64,000 bases of DNA from Candidatus Methanomethylophilaceae archaeon. Its GTDB lineage: Archaea > Thermoplasmatota > Thermoplasmata > Methanomassiliicoccales > Methanomethylophilaceae. The stretch covers positions 704,001 to 768,000 of the forward strand of contig JBMNHS010000001.1 of assembly GCA_050950505.1 (NCBI GenBank). Direction: 5' to 3'. Position 1 is the stretch's first letter; every line of letters starts with the position of its first letter. The notes under the pieces were generated by a model. The model made no database searches. It was not told where the DNA came from and was given only the letters and a program-made list of their open reading frames with translations. The position numbers were made by a program, and so were the translations under genes. Positions 62,631 through 64,000 of the stretch are shown in pieces.

Positions 62631-63119
62631 ATGTCTGATATCAGAATAAGGAAGAGGAAAAGAATGAGGGAACGGGATGCAAAGAATTTGTCCTCACTCC
62701 TCGAAGATACGATGGGAGTTCCGGTTTTCGGAGACGAACCCATAGATATGGCCGAAAGCACGGATTTCAAACTTATATTCGTCGGAAGCGAAATACTGGG
62801 TTTGGTGCATGAGGAAAAACCCTTCCTCACGATAAGAGGCATATTGAAATATAAACCCGGGAAACGGTACGTGACCGTGGATATGGGGGCGGTCCCCTTC
62901 ATAACAAACGGGGCGGATGCGATGGGTCCCGGCATAACCGACGCCGATCCGGAAATAGAAGTCGGAGACATGGTCTGGATAAGGGACATGCGGAACGAAA
63001 TTCCGTTGGCGGTAGGGGTGGCTCTCAGACCAGCCGCCGAACTGATGGAGAAAAAACAGGGCAAAGCCGTGACCACCATACATAATGTGGGCGACAGGCT
63101 CTGGAAATACGGGGAGTGA
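62631..63119 (+). CDS. PUA-domain RNA-binding protein (archaeal MCTS1-like)
   Basis: PFLTIRG, VTVDMGAVPFITNGAD.MGPGI, LAVG, GKAV..IH.VGD.LW. Confidence 0.88.
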   Translation: MSDIRIRKRKRMRERDAKNLSSLLEDTMGVPVFGDEPIDMAESTDFKLIFVGSEILGLVHEEKPFLTIRGILKYKPGKRYVTVDMGAVPFITNGADAMGPGITDADPEIEVGDMVWIRDMRNEIPLAVGVALRPAAELMEKKQGKAVTTIHNVGDRLWKYGE

Positions 63120-63475
63120 TTCTTTTGTTGTTCAGCAGACGTAAAAAATCGGAAAACGGGCGGATGTTCGTGGATTTGGAGGACTACATGGAGGACACGG
63201 GAATCGACGATCGCGGAATCGTCATGAAAACCCTTGACATGAGACAGTTCTCCGACCTGACGGCGGTGGCCGATATGGTGAGCCGCAACTGGATGGTCCT
63301 GATTGAAACTTCAATGTTCGAGGAAGGCGAAACCAAAAGGAGGGATGCGGTGGAAAAAATGAGAACCGTCGCCGAGGACCGAGGCGGACGCTTTTATGAA
63401 ATATCCGACAGAGTCGTTCTTATCGCCCCCCTCAACGTCAAAGTGGAACGTTGCCGCATAAGGAGGAAGACGTGA
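63116..63475 (+). CDS. sepF: SepF-like cell-division protein
   Basis: FVDL, DL..V.D.V...MVLIE, VEKMR..AE.RGG....S..VVLIAP..VKVER; start uncertain. Confidence 0.65.
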   Translation: MILLLFSRRKKSENGRMFVDLEDYMEDTGIDDRGIVMKTLDMRQFSDLTAVADMVSRNWMVLIETSMFEEGETKRRDAVEKMRTVAEDRGGRFYEISDRVVLIAPLNVKVERCRIRRKT

Positions 63476-63476
63476 G

Positions 63477-64000
63477 ATGGTGAAAACCGTTCACGATCCC
63501 CTTCACGGAAGCATCTGTTTGGACGGCGTATTTCTTAAACTTGCCGACAGGCACGAAATGCAAAGACTGAGGTTGGTGAAACAACTGGGTATGGGGAATT
63601 TGGTGTTCCCCGGGGCGAATCACACAAGATTTGAACACTCTCTCGGCGTTTATCACTTATCCGGCAGAATGGCCGAATTTCTTGAACTTTCCGAAGAAGA
63701 AACGGATACGGTATGCGTCGCCGGCATGCTTCATGACATATGCCATACGCCGTTTTCCCACACCCTCGGCGAACTTGCCGAAGTGCGGTTCGGACTGGAT
63801 CACATGAAAGCGGCAAGAAAACTCATTCACGGAGACATTCCCATATACTCCGAATATGACGAAGAGACCCTCGCGTCCGAACCCACCATAGCGGAAATCC
63901 TGGAAGATGCGGGGATATCTTCCGAAAAAGTCTGCGATCTTATCGAATATCCCGAATCCAGACGGCCCAATCAAAGCTTCTTCTCCAAAGAAGAGGGTCA
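63477..64000 (+). CDS. HD-domain phosphohydrolase (SAMHD1/dNTPase-like), 3'-truncated by window
   Basis: Translated manually: KTVHDPLHG, MQRLR.VKQLG..VFPGANHTRFEHSLG, LHDICH.PFSH; no stop before the window end. Confidence 0.9.
   Translation, partial: MVKTVHDPLHGSICLDGVFLKLADRHEMQRLRLVKQLGMGNLVFPGANHTRFEHSLGVYHLSGRMAEFLELSEEETDTVCVAGMLHDICHTPFSHTLGELAEVRFGLDHMKAARKLIHGDIPIYSEYDEETLASEPTIAEILEDAGISSEKVCDLIEYPESRRPNQSFFSKEEG

Overview
Archaeal core-genome window, most likely a Methanomassiliicoccales-like methanogen (Thermoplasmatota). Evidence: archaeal EF-2/EF-1alpha, PolD DP2, RpoD, uL16/L10e, Dph2, methanogenesis marker MtxX, an unlinked 23S rRNA and no TAG stop codons. About 63 CDS are present: translation and transcription genes, a shikimate pathway split over two loci, catalase, a short bacterial-type AlaRS, an orphan NifB, a tetraether-lipid cluster (Tes-ferredoxin-GGR facing mevalonate kinase), mtxX-queDCE, SUF-like/Mrp Fe-S genes and several uncharacterised membrane proteins. 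RNA genes are tRNA-Ala(TGC), tRNA-Leu(CAA) and a solitary 23S rRNA. No CRISPR array, transposase, integrase, intein or rRNA intron was seen. The best leads are a four-way-junction RNA leader abutting the Shine-Dalgarno of the S13-S4-S11-rpoD operon, complete TAG avoidance, a 1346-aa pilin-signal/lamin-tail protein, translational coupling of mtxX to queDCE, a non-canonical bulge-helix-bulge in the 23S processing stem and an uncharacterised three-gene membrane operon. All calls come from reading motifs by eye; no searches were run.
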